From Chitinophagales bacterium (lineage in GTDB: Bacteria > Bacillota > Syntrophomonadia > Syntrophomonadales > DTU052): a stretch of 22,848 bases of DNA. The stretch lies in contig JBLMZW010000050.1 in the NCBI GenBank assembly GCA_050259035.1, forward strand, positions 1-22,848, read 5' to 3'. Positions 7,189-15,689 of the stretch are shown here, piece by piece. The notes below the pieces were generated by a model. The model searched no databases. It was not told the origin of the DNA and saw nothing but the letters and a program-made list of their open reading frames with translations. The position numbers and the translations under genes were made by a program. How positions within the stretch are numbered: position 1 is the first letter of the stretch; each line of letters starts with the position of its first letter.

Positions 7189-9408
7189 ATGGTTGACAGC
7201 CCGGTGAAAATCTATGACGACGTGAAGAAATGTGTCGACGATGTAATCGAAAAGGTTGGAAAAAACATCGTCTTCGCAATGCCCCTGGCCCTTGGCAAAC
7301 CGGTAATGTTCGTTAATGAACTATATCGAAGGGCCAAAGAGGATCCATCAATTAGTCTTAAGATTATTACTGCGCTCCCTTTAGAAGTTCCCCGGGGCAA
7401 ATCAGACCTTGAAAAGCGTGTTACGAAAGATATCGCTCAACGTCTCTTCGATGGGGTTCCGGATTTAAATTACATGCTCGATTTCAGGGCATGCACAATG
7501 CCTAAGAACGTGGAATCGTATGAGTTTTTTAGCCAGGCTGGTACATATCTGGGCAATCCAACCGCTCAACAGAACCACATAGCATCCAATTACACGCATA
7601 TTGTACGAGACGCTTTAGACCTTGGGGTTAATGTCTTCGGTAACCTGATTGGTTATTTGGAGACTGATGGGAAAACATTATATTCCATGGGATGCAACAC
7701 TGATATTTGTATTGAGGGTCTTAAAGAGGTAGCAATTCGGCGGGCCAGGGGCGAGAAGATGTGTATTGTTGGGGAAGCCAACCAAAACATGCCTTTCATG
7801 TATGGAGATGGGGTTGTCGAACCGGATGTTTATGACTGCATTCTGAGGGGGCCTGATTTCGATTATCAAATTTTTGGTGTCCCTAAGCCTGCTGTTTCCG
7901 TTGCTGATTATATGATTGGCCTCAACGTTAGTCCACTTATTAAAGACGGAGGCACTTTACAGGTTGGAATTGGGGCTCTAGGCGACGCTATTGTAGCAGG
8001 CCTCGCAGTACGGAATAACCATAATGAGGTATACCAGGATGTTCTTAAGAAAGCCGGTATTATCAAAAGATACGAAAAGCTTATTAATAAAATAGGCGGC
8101 ACCGGAGTATTCGAAGAAGGTCTTTATGGATCATCCGAAATGTTTGTGGATGCCTTCATGGAATTATATAAGAGTAATATCCTTAAGCGGCAGGTTTTTG
8201 ACAGTATTCCACTCATGAAACTAATTAATGAAGGGGATCTTAAGGCAGATAAAATTCCAGCGGATATTATTGATCGTTTATTAAATATGAATGCAATACA
8301 GCCCATTCTAACTCTCGAAGATTTCAATTTCTTAACGGAGTACGGAGTACTGCGTAAGGACTTAAAATATGAAGACGGTAGAATATTCGATGGAGACGTC
8401 AGTTATTCTGCTGACCTGAACGATCTGAACAATAGACAGGAAATAAGAAAATTGCTGGGGACTAAACTTCGAAATGGGAAAGTTGTGATAGGTGCTTTCT
8501 TTGTTGGTCCCAGAGGGTTTTACAAATGGTTAAATGAAATGGAAGAAGAAGAACGCCAGCTTTTTGGTATGTCAGGCGTTGAAAAAGTTAACCAGCTCTA
8601 CGGAGATGAAGAGCTACGGACCTTACAGAGGAAGGACGGCCGGTTCGTTAATACCGGGATGGTTTGTACACTTCTGGGTTCAATTGCATCTGATATGCTA
8701 GAGGACGGTCAGGTAGTAAGCGGCATCGGCGGCCAGTATAACTTTGTTTCAATGGGACATGCCCTTCGTGACGCCAGAGTCATTATGATGATTAAGAGCA
8801 CCAAAGGAATGGGGCGAAAGTTAAAGTCCAATATAGTATTTAGCTATGGTCACTGCTCAGTGCCCAAACATCTGAGAGACATTATAGTTACGGAATATGG
8901 GATTGCGGATGTTCGGGGTAAAGCTGAAAAGGATGTAATTGCTGAGATTCTTAACATAACTGATTCCAGATTCCAAAAGCAGCTTCTGGAACAGGCAAAA
9001 AAGGCTGCTAAAATACCAATGGATTATGAAATACCCGTTGAATACACCAATAACACACCCGAGAAGCTGAAAGCCTTGCTTGCTCCTTATAAAGCAAAGG
9101 GATATTTCCCCTCGTATCCTTTCGGAACCGATTTTTCACAGGATGACATTGACCTGATGGGAGCACTAAAAGGTTTTCAAGCTATGGCCAAGGGGTATCC
9201 AGGTAAGGTAGTCAAAGGGTTGTTGGCTGAATTGTTCCGTTCGATACCCCCAGCTGCCAACCGGCATCTGGAACGGATGGAGCTTAATAAACCTTCATCG
9301 GTTAAAGAAAAGCTATTCAGAAAGATAGTAGTTTTAGCTCTAAGAACCAGCGGCTATATAGACAAAGCCGCTTCATCAGTTCAACCATCCAAGGGCGTAA
9401 CTGCCTAA
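7189..9408 (+). CDS. Acetyl-CoA hydrolase/transferase family protein (CoA-transferase), long form
   Basis: The protein has an N-terminal CoA-transferase domain and a C-terminal domain with the GxGGQxxF signature (VVSGIGGQYNFVSMGH). The start is set at the ATG at 7189, 10 nt after GGAAGGAG. The ORF-track TTG at 7129 lies upstream of that SD. Confidence 0.8.
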   Translation: MVDSPVKIYDDVKKCVDDVIEKVGKNIVFAMPLALGKPVMFVNELYRRAKEDPSISLKIITALPLEVPRGKSDLEKRVTKDIAQRLFDGVPDLNYMLDFRACTMPKNVESYEFFSQAGTYLGNPTAQQNHIASNYTHIVRDALDLGVNVFGNLIGYLETDGKTLYSMGCNTDICIEGLKEVAIRRARGEKMCIVGEANQNMPFMYGDGVVEPDVYDCILRGPDFDYQIFGVPKPAVSVADYMIGLNVSPLIKDGGTLQVGIGALGDAIVAGLAVRNNHNEVYQDVLKKAGIIKRYEKLINKIGGTGVFEEGLYGSSEMFVDAFMELYKSNILKRQVFDSIPLMKLINEGDLKADKIPADIIDRLLNMNAIQPILTLEDFNFLTEYGVLRKDLKYEDGRIFDGDVSYSADLNDLNNRQEIRKLLGTKLRNGKVVIGAFFVGPRGFYKWLNEMEEEERQLFGMSGVEKVNQLYGDEELRTLQRKDGRFVNTGMVCTLLGSIASDMLEDGQVVSGIGGQYNFVSMGHALRDARVIMMIKSTKGMGRKLKSNIVFSYGHCSVPKHLRDIIVTEYGIADVRGKAEKDVIAEILNITDSRFQKQLLEQAKKAAKIPMDYEIPVEYTNNTPEKLKALLAPYKAKGYFPSYPFGTDFSQDDIDLMGALKGFQAMAKGYPGKVVKGLLAELFRSIPPAANRHLERMELNKPSSVKEKLFRKIVVLALRTSGYIDKAASSVQPSKGVTA

Positions 9409-9435
9409 TACAAAACACAAAATGGCAAACCAAAA

Positions 9436-9472
9436 AACGGCCCTCGGGTAGCAACCGAGGGCCGTTCTTTTA
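9436..9472. terminator. Bidirectional rho-independent terminator between convergent genes
   Basis: A perfect 12-bp stem (AACGGCCCTCGG / CCGAGGGCCGTT) has a 7-nt loop. It is flanked by A6 on the left and a T-run on the right. Confidence 0.8.
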
Positions 9473-9487
9473 TGCATCCCATTTAGC

Positions 9488-11830
9488 TTATGTTAGGACC
9501 TCTTTGAGGAACTGGCCGGTATAACTATTTTCGCACTTTATAATATCTTCCGGGGTTCCTTCGAAAATAATTTCTCCCCCTTTGCTACCGCCTTCCGGGC
9601 CCATGTCGATTATCCAATCAGCTTGTTTGATAACATCCAGATTGTGTTCAATGATGATTACGGTGTTGTTCTTATCCACCAGCCTTTTAATAATGCCCAT
9701 AAATCGGACAATATCAGCCATATGCAGTCCGGTGGTAGGCTCATCCATTACATAAATATTCCCGCTCTTGTGCAGTTCAGAGGCCAATTTGATCCTTTGA
9801 GATTCCCCACCCGACAGAGTGCTCATTGGTTGTCCAACTGTCAGATAATCCAGTCCTACATCACAAAGGATATTCATCCTCTTCTTAACCTCTTTGTTTT
9901 CAAAGAAATTTCGAGCTTCATCCACTGTCATTTCCAGAATCTCAAACATGTTTTTATCCTTATAACGTATGGCAAGGACTTCGTCATTGTAGCGCTGCCC
10001 CTTACATTCATCACAGGTCATTTTCACATCGTCCATAAAACTCATTTCTACAGCCAGGTACCCCATTCCCTTGCACTTGGGGCAAGCTCCTTTGGAATTG
10101 AAGCTAAAGAGAGATGGATCAGAATTCGTGGCCTGAGCTATCTCCTTGCGCATAAGATCAAAAAACCCTATATAGGTGGCCGGGTTGGAGCGCGAGGATC
10201 TAGCAGGAGCAGTCTGATCGACAACTATTGCCCCCCGGTTCTCTTTTAAAAATACTTCGTGAATCAATGAACTTTTGCCCGAACCTGCCACGCCGGTTAC
10301 ACAGGTTAAGACTCCCTGCGGAATCCTTACGGAGATATTCTTCAAATTATGCACCTGGGCATTTTTTACCTCAATATAGTCGTCCCATATTTTCCTCTTC
10401 CGGAGCGGGTTTTTGTCCTCTTTTAGATATTGCGCAGTAACCGTATTTGTTTTCTTTAGTTCCTCAAATGAACCGGTAAACACGATTTCCCCGCCTTTAG
10501 TTCCGGCATAGGGACCAACATCAACGATCCAATCTGCTGAACTAATTATATCCGGGTCATGTTCCACTACAAAGACACTGTTGCCCTGGTTCCTTAACTT
10601 GCGAAGAATCTCTATTAATTTTACGTTATCCTTGGGATGTAAACCGATTGAAGGCTCATCCAGAATATACATCATGTCTACCAGATCACAGTCCAATTGC
10701 CGGGCCATCTTTACTCGCTGGCTTTCCCCTCCGGAGAGAGTCGATACCGCTCGGTTCAAGGAAAGGTAGCCAACCCCGATATCAATCATATGGCCGATAA
10801 TCCTTCGCATCTTGGTTACCAACGGTTGGGCCACCGGATCAGTAATCTGCTTCAGGAACTCATCGACCAGGGTCAATTCCTCATGCACCAATTCCCTCAT
10901 GGTCTTACCATTCACCCTGACCGAACAGGCCCTTTCATTCAGCCGGGTACCATGGCAAACATTACAATCACTGTATATAAAATAGGACTGGTAGGCATCC
11001 TTCCTGACTTCGGGCAATTCATCCTCTGCCTTGTCTATATATAGCCGTTCCAGCTTACGGGCTATTCCCTCGAACTTTTTACTATAGATACCGGCACCAT
11101 GCTTTTTAACTATAGGAATGTCTTCAGCGTACAATAATTTGTCTATTTCTTCCGGCGGAAAATCCTTTAAGGGTAAATCATTGTCAAACAGTTCTGATCC
11201 AACCAACTCCCGCCAGTTCCAACCGCCGATTTTGAAATCGGGATGGGTTATGGCTCCCTCACGAAGGTTCTTCTCCATATCCAAAAGTAGGCAGCTATCT
11301 ACCGTGATTCTCTTGCCTAACCCCTTGCATTCCGGGCACATACCCTCCGGGTGGTTAAAGGAAAATAAAAATGAAGGTCCTATGAAGGGATCACCACAAC
11401 GAGAGAATAACATACGAAGATAGGTTAGGATTTCGGTGGCAGTACCGACAGTACTTCGCAGATTACGCCCCATGCGCTTTTGGTCAATAACAATAGCAGT
11501 GGAGATATTACGAATTTCCTCCACCGGTGGACGGGAAAGCTTGGGCAGCCGTCGGCGGGCAAAAGAGCTAAAAGTCTCGATCAACTGTCGCTGGGCTTCA
11601 GTGTAAATCGTATCAAAAACCAAAGAGGATTTGCCGCTGCCGCTAACCCCAGTAAAAACAACAATCTGATTCTTAGGTATCTCCAGATTAATCTTTTTTA
11701 GATTATGTGTTTGGGCACTTTTTATAACTACCTTCTTAATAAGAAACCTCCCCTTCCTCAATAAATAGTTTACGCCATCTAATACATCAACCTGATTTCT
11801 TTGAAATAAGATAAAAAGACTCGTTCGCAT
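9488..11830 (-). CDS. UvrA-like ABC ATPase (standalone UvrA paralog, excinuclease ABC subunit A family)
   Basis: There are two ABC ATPase modules: Walker A motifs GVSGSGKSSL and GVAGSGKSSL, and signature motifs LSGGESQR in duplicate. Zinc-finger cysteine pairs such as CPECKGLG and CPKCKGMG are present. At about 750-780 aa it is shorter than canonical UvrA. The ORF-track ATG at 11830 has no SD. An ATT at 11740 is preceded by AGGAAGGGGAGG with a 6-nt spacer and would give an N-terminus MKKVVIKSAQTHNLK, matching canonical UvrA N-termini. Confidence 0.85.
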   Translation of the reverse strand: MRTSLFILFQRNQVDVLDGVNYLLRKGRFLIKKVVIKSAQTHNLKKINLEIPKNQIVVFTGVSGSGKSSLVFDTIYTEAQRQLIETFSSFARRRLPKLSRPPVEEIRNISTAIVIDQKRMGRNLRSTVGTATEILTYLRMLFSRCGDPFIGPSFLFSFNHPEGMCPECKGLGKRITVDSCLLLDMEKNLREGAITHPDFKIGGWNWRELVGSELFDNDLPLKDFPPEEIDKLLYAEDIPIVKKHGAGIYSKKFEGIARKLERLYIDKAEDELPEVRKDAYQSYFIYSDCNVCHGTRLNERACSVRVNGKTMRELVHEELTLVDEFLKQITDPVAQPLVTKMRRIIGHMIDIGVGYLSLNRAVSTLSGGESQRVKMARQLDCDLVDMMYILDEPSIGLHPKDNVKLIEILRKLRNQGNSVFVVEHDPDIISSADWIVDVGPYAGTKGGEIVFTGSFEELKKTNTVTAQYLKEDKNPLRKRKIWDDYIEVKNAQVHNLKNISVRIPQGVLTCVTGVAGSGKSSLIHEVFLKENRGAIVVDQTAPARSSRSNPATYIGFFDLMRKEIAQATNSDPSLFSFNSKGACPKCKGMGYLAVEMSFMDDVKMTCDECKGQRYNDEVLAIRYKDKNMFEILEMTVDEARNFFENKEVKKRMNILCDVGLDYLTVGQPMSTLSGGESQRIKLASELHKSGNIYVMDEPTTGLHMADIVRFMGIIKRLVDKNNTVIIIEHNLDVIKQADWIIDMGPEGGSKGGEIIFEGTPEDIIKCENSYTGQFLKEVLT
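11740..11790 (-). promoter_or_regulatory. Candidate promoter plus strong SD, with an ATT initiation codon, for the UvrA-like gene
   Basis: The minus strand carries TTGATG (11790-11785), a 17-nt spacer, and TATTTA (11767-11762). Next come the SD AGGAAGGGGAGG (11758-11747), a 6-nt spacer, and ATT at 11740-11738. Confidence 0.35.
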
Positions 11831-11899
11831 ATATTAGCACAAACTGGCAATCCAAACAAGTGTTCGTTTGTGTTTTCTTAATCGATAAATCAGCCCAGT

Positions 11900-11924
11900 A
11901 AAAACCACCCTTTTCAGGGTGGTT
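11900..11924 (-). terminator. Rho-independent terminator of the crotonase-cdaR-glxK-M24 operon
   Basis: A 9-bp stem (AACCACCCT / AGGGTGGTT) with a 4-nt loop lies about 33 nt past the M24 stop. A U-tract follows it on the minus strand (A5 on the plus strand at 11900-11904). Confidence 0.6.
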
Positions 11925-11956
11925 ATATCAACTATGAAATTCCTATGGGTAAGAGT

Positions 11957-13126
11957 CTATTCAGTAATTACTCTGGGCTCCCAATTAACCTTACAAAGCA
12001 TCTCATTTCCCCGGGCCGTGATCAGCAGCGGGGCTTCCAGCCGGAATCCGCCAACATCAGGGATATTCAACTGTAGATAAGCTTCCTCTACCATGTTTGG
12101 TTCGAGAATCATGTTGTTCCAGGGTGGATAATTCAAGACCGGTGGATAGAATTCATCCCCGCAGGTTCCCAGACCGTGTCCGAAAATTGGTACAACATAC
12201 TGGGCATAGTTATGTTCAGCTAGAAATTTCATGACCGCATCAGAAATTTCAGAAAAGGCAGTCCCTGGCTGCATTTTGTCTATCAGGATATGTGCCGCTT
12301 CAGTAAATATTGATGCCAATTCAGCCTGCTCCTTGCTTGGGGTGCCCATTATGTAATTGGTGCTGTAATCAGAATAATAGAGATTAAAGGTACAGTGTAA
12401 ATCGACGAATAGGATTTCCCCAGTTTGAACAATTTTTCGGGTAGCAGGAGTACAACCACAAGCCAGGTAACCCGAACGGTAACCTGAAGCGATTTCGCTC
12501 CCGCCGCTGTAGGGCCAGTTCCATTCACTGCCGGCTTCCCTCATCGCTCTTTCTCCGATTCCGGCTATAGCTGTCTCAGTCATGCCCACTTCTAATTCTG
12601 ATATCACTGCCAGATGTCCGGCATCGGCTATAGCTGCTGCCTGCCGAAGATAGCTGATCTCAATCGGGTCTTTTATCCGGCACGCTTCTTCCATAATATT
12701 GCTGGCCTCTATTAGGTTGGCTTCGGGGAGCACGCTTTTTAAAAGTTCCATTTCCCCGGCAGTAAGATAACCTGTTGCTACCCGGGGACTGATCCCACTT
12801 TCGATGCCCAGATTAGCCTTTTCCAATCCGGCCTCACGCACCAGCAAGGCCACCTTGTTTGGCCATTCATTACCCAGGAACGGTGCCCAGGATTCGACCG
12901 GTATCCAGGTCTCGTTCGCTATACGGCTGACCTCTAATTGGGAAGGGAACAATCTGGGTTCTCCCTTCAAGGGCAGGTATAATACGCTCCGGTAAGGAAC
13001 AAAAACCCCTGAAAGATAGGTCAGGCTCTGTAACCGGGTAAGGATTAAGGCGGAGATTCCCTGTTTCTCCATACCAGACCGAACCCTTTCGATCCGCTTC
13101 ATGTAATTAACTGATCCTAAAGTCAT
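11957..13126 (-). CDS. M24 family metallohydrolase (creatinase/prolidase fold)
   Basis: It has a creatinase-like N-domain and a pita-bread C-domain. Candidate metal ligands are in the expected places: the Asp in VDLH, the Asp in YSDYS, the His in HGLG, the Glu in LEPNM and the Glu in RLEAP. It sits 4 nt downstream of glxK. Confidence 0.75.
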   Translation of the reverse strand: MTLGSVNYMKRIERVRSGMEKQGISALILTRLQSLTYLSGVFVPYRSVLYLPLKGEPRLFPSQLEVSRIANETWIPVESWAPFLGNEWPNKVALLVREAGLEKANLGIESGISPRVATGYLTAGEMELLKSVLPEANLIEASNIMEEACRIKDPIEISYLRQAAAIADAGHLAVISELEVGMTETAIAGIGERAMREAGSEWNWPYSGGSEIASGYRSGYLACGCTPATRKIVQTGEILFVDLHCTFNLYYSDYSTNYIMGTPSKEQAELASIFTEAAHILIDKMQPGTAFSEISDAVMKFLAEHNYAQYVVPIFGHGLGTCGDEFYPPVLNYPPWNNMILEPNMVEEAYLQLNIPDVGGFRLEAPLLITARGNEMLCKVNWEPRVITE

Positions 13127-13130
13127 TACA

Positions 13131-14306
13131 CTACCTCCCTCGCTTCTTTTTCTCTATCTGTTGCCGTTTCTGGCTCAACAGCATGATTCGCACCATTCTG
13201 CTGGCTGCAGCGGCCAGTAGATCTCCAGCCTGTAGAAGTGCTTCATCCAGACTCATGGGACGCGGGATAATGTCCATGATTGCTTCGATACCGGCTTCAT
13301 AAGCCTGTTCCGCTCCCGGGCCAATGGATCCAACGATGGCCATAACGGGAATATTGAATTTCTTTGCACGGCGGGCTACACCTAATGGCACCTTTCCAAA
13401 TAGACTTTGATAATCGATTTCTCCCTCGCCGGTTATGACGAGATCGGCACCCTGGCTCAAAATATTGTCAAAATCAAGCAGGTCGAAGACAACCTCCACT
13501 CCCCGGCAGAGCTTTGCCCCGGTAAAGGCTGCCAATCCAGCCCCTAAACCTCCTGCTGCGCCAGCTCCGCGCAAATCTTGAAAACTGAATTGTAACTGTT
13601 TTTGCACCACATCAGCCATATTCATCAGGGCCTGATCCAGTAATGGAAGATCCTTCGGGGACGCTCCTTTCTGTCGGGCATAAACATAAGCAGCGCCGCT
13701 GGGACCGCAAAGAGGATTATCAACATCGCAGGCAACTGTAAATTCAGATTGTCTTACCCGCTTGTCGATTTCTGAAACATCCATTGTCTTGATCTGCAAC
13801 AACCCACGAGCACCAGGCAATATCTCACGTCCATCGCCGGCTAAAAACTTGACCCCCAAGGCCTGAGCCATGCCTACACCACCGTCGCTGGTTGAACTTC
13901 CGCCTATGCCGATAATAAACCGGCGGCACCCACGGTCAAGAGCTGCTACAATTAGGTCCCCAGTCCCTCTGGAGGTTGTAATAAAAGGATCGCGTTTTTC
14001 CCGGGGAACAAGGGTTAAGCCAGATGCAGCCGACATTTCAATAACCGCTGTCTTGTTGTCGTTTAGAATACCGTATTCCGCTAATATCCGGTTCCCCAGA
14101 GGCCCTGTTACTTCCGTCCAGAAACGGCGGCAGCCCATACTAGTAACCAAAACATCAACTAAGCCATCACCGCCGTCGGACATCGGAATCTCAATAACTC
14201 TGGCCTCGGGCAACACCCATTTAATCCCCTCAGATATTCTGGCGGCGGCCTGACTGGCAGTAAGGCTCCCTTTAAAGGAGTCAGGGGCTACTATGAATTG
14301 GTACAT
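13131..14306 (-). CDS. glxK: Glycerate kinase (GlxK/GarK family)
   Basis: The N-terminus reads MYQFIVAPDSFKGSLTASQAA...IPMSDGGDG, which is typical of this kinase family. The SD GGAGGAG lies 8 nt upstream of the ATG. Confidence 0.85.
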   Translation of the reverse strand: MYQFIVAPDSFKGSLTASQAAARISEGIKWVLPEARVIEIPMSDGGDGLVDVLVTSMGCRRFWTEVTGPLGNRILAEYGILNDNKTAVIEMSAASGLTLVPREKRDPFITTSRGTGDLIVAALDRGCRRFIIGIGGSSTSDGGVGMAQALGVKFLAGDGREILPGARGLLQIKTMDVSEIDKRVRQSEFTVACDVDNPLCGPSGAAYVYARQKGASPKDLPLLDQALMNMADVVQKQLQFSFQDLRGAGAAGGLGAGLAAFTGAKLCRGVEVVFDLLDFDNILSQGADLVITGEGEIDYQSLFGKVPLGVARRAKKFNIPVMAIVGSIGPGAEQAYEAGIEAIMDIIPRPMSLDEALLQAGDLLAAAASRMVRIMLLSQKRQQIEKKKRGR

Positions 14307-14394
14307 TTTTGCGTTCTCCTCCGCATCCCGGGTGGTTTATCACAATATTAGAACTAAAACCGCTTTATAACAACGGATCGAACGCACTAAAGAT

Positions 14395-15636
14395 TTAGTT
14401 TTTATGAGGAGAATTTTGTGCGTCTTGCACAATAGAGTCAATTTTATAACAGAGAAGGGCAGTATAGAGTGTTGCTGCATCGGGCCAGTGCGCAGGATCA
14501 AGCCCGGTTAGTCTTTTAACTCTGGCCATACGTAATCTCAAGGTGTTTCGGTGTAAATGAAGGGATTCAGCAGTTTCGGCTAAACGACAATGATGGGCGA
14601 AAAGCTGATCCAGCATATGTAGGTGTTCCTTTCCATACTCTTTATCATTAAACAAAGGACCCAAAACCTGTCTGATATATTCAGACCGCGCTTCCCCACG
14701 CCGTTCGGCGATCAGTGTCTCCAGTGCCAGATCCTTAATGTAATAGATACTGCATCCATCATGACAGGCTTGCCCTAAATGTAAGGCTGACATACCCTCA
14801 CGAAATGAAGCAGCAGGACCATCTAGTCCGGGATGGTAGCTTCCTACTCCAATTCTGGTTCTATACCCCGTATTAACAAGTATTTGTTGTTCAATCCGTG
14901 ATGCCTGTCTTATTAAGTCCTGACTTAGCGTCTTTTCTTCCCGGTCCAGTTCTATGCGTTTTAATACAACGAAAATATTTTCATTCACGAAACTCGCTAA
15001 ATCCAGGTCTCCAATTACAGCCTGAATAGCCTCTACCACGGTTTTTCGCAGGCGGCGCAACAGAATTTGTTCACTTAGCTGGGGATTGCTCTTTTCTCGG
15101 CCTTTTATCGGTTTTTCATTAAACCGGTCGACACCAATTACCAGGGCGACCATCGGTTGATCCAGTTTGATTCCAAACCCATAAGCCCGGAGTTTAAACA
15201 ACTCCTGGTCTCCATCGCTTCGTCCGGTAACTAAATCCCGTACCAGTGCTTCTCTCATGTAATATTCAGTTTCAATCTTCTCTTTCTGCAGGGCTTGTTC
15301 TAACATTAATTCAACCGTGATACGTACCAGTTCCGCATATACCCGAACTTCATTGGGATCACCAGTTATCCCAACTACTCCGACAACATTGTTGTTTAAC
15401 CGAATAGGAAGGTTAATGCCGGGGCGAACCCCGGACATGACTTCCTGCTTTTCTTGCGTAATCTCTACCCGGCGTCCAAGCCTCAACGCTTGGGCCGCTC
15501 CTTCATGGAAGTTCCCTACTCTTACAGGATCGCCGCTGGCAATGATCACTCCCCGGGTATCCATGAGGTTTATATTCTTACCAAGCACCTCCATGGTTCT
15601 GGCCGCAATAGTCGCCGCAAGTTCCTGGTTAAGCAT
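14395..15636 (-). CDS. cdaR: CdaR/PucR-family sugar-diacid transcriptional regulator
   Basis: It has an N-terminal diacid-recognition domain (TMEVLGKNINLMDTRGVIIASGDPVRVGNFHEGA) and a C-terminal PucR-type HTH (HRNTLRLRMARVKRLTGLD). The start is placed at the ATG at 15636, which has a GGGGAGAGAGG SD. The ORF-track TTG at 15666 lies upstream of that. Confidence 0.8.
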   Translation of the reverse strand: MLNQELAATIAARTMEVLGKNINLMDTRGVIIASGDPVRVGNFHEGAAQALRLGRRVEITQEKQEVMSGVRPGINLPIRLNNNVVGVVGITGDPNEVRVYAELVRITVELMLEQALQKEKIETEYYMREALVRDLVTGRSDGDQELFKLRAYGFGIKLDQPMVALVIGVDRFNEKPIKGREKSNPQLSEQILLRRLRKTVVEAIQAVIGDLDLASFVNENIFVVLKRIELDREEKTLSQDLIRQASRIEQQILVNTGYRTRIGVGSYHPGLDGPAASFREGMSALHLGQACHDGCSIYYIKDLALETLIAERRGEARSEYIRQVLGPLFNDKEYGKEHLHMLDQLFAHHCRLAETAESLHLHRNTLRLRMARVKRLTGLDPAHWPDAATLYTALLCYKIDSIVQDAQNSPHKN

Positions 15637-15689
15637 CCGCCTCTCTCCCCTGGTAAATGCGTTCAATCAATATTATAAAAGCCGACCTG

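Noticed and set aside
9623-11701. Several plus-strand ORFs of 60-208 aa (9623-10249, 10228-10440, 10581-10769, 10697-11044, 11118-11423, 11480-11701) inside the UvrA-like gene
   Set aside because: They are antisense shadow ORFs within a well-supported minus-strand CDS. They have low-complexity composition and no SD sites. The same applies to the other small ORFs embedded in larger genes, including 227-460, 880-1140, 1319-1561, 2775-2960, 3039-3245, 4762-5067, 7212-8327, 12804-12995, 13870-14253, 15317-15703, 16036-16317, 16881-17379, 18843-19049, 19340-19732, 19892-20317 and 21369-21581.
11831-11880. The imperfect hairpin CAAAC-N8-GTTTG followed by a T-run, a possible terminator
   Set aside because: It is only a 5-bp stem. 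On the plus strand it would sit upstream of the UvrA-like gene with no gene to terminate. The real operon terminator is the stronger hairpin at 11900-11924.
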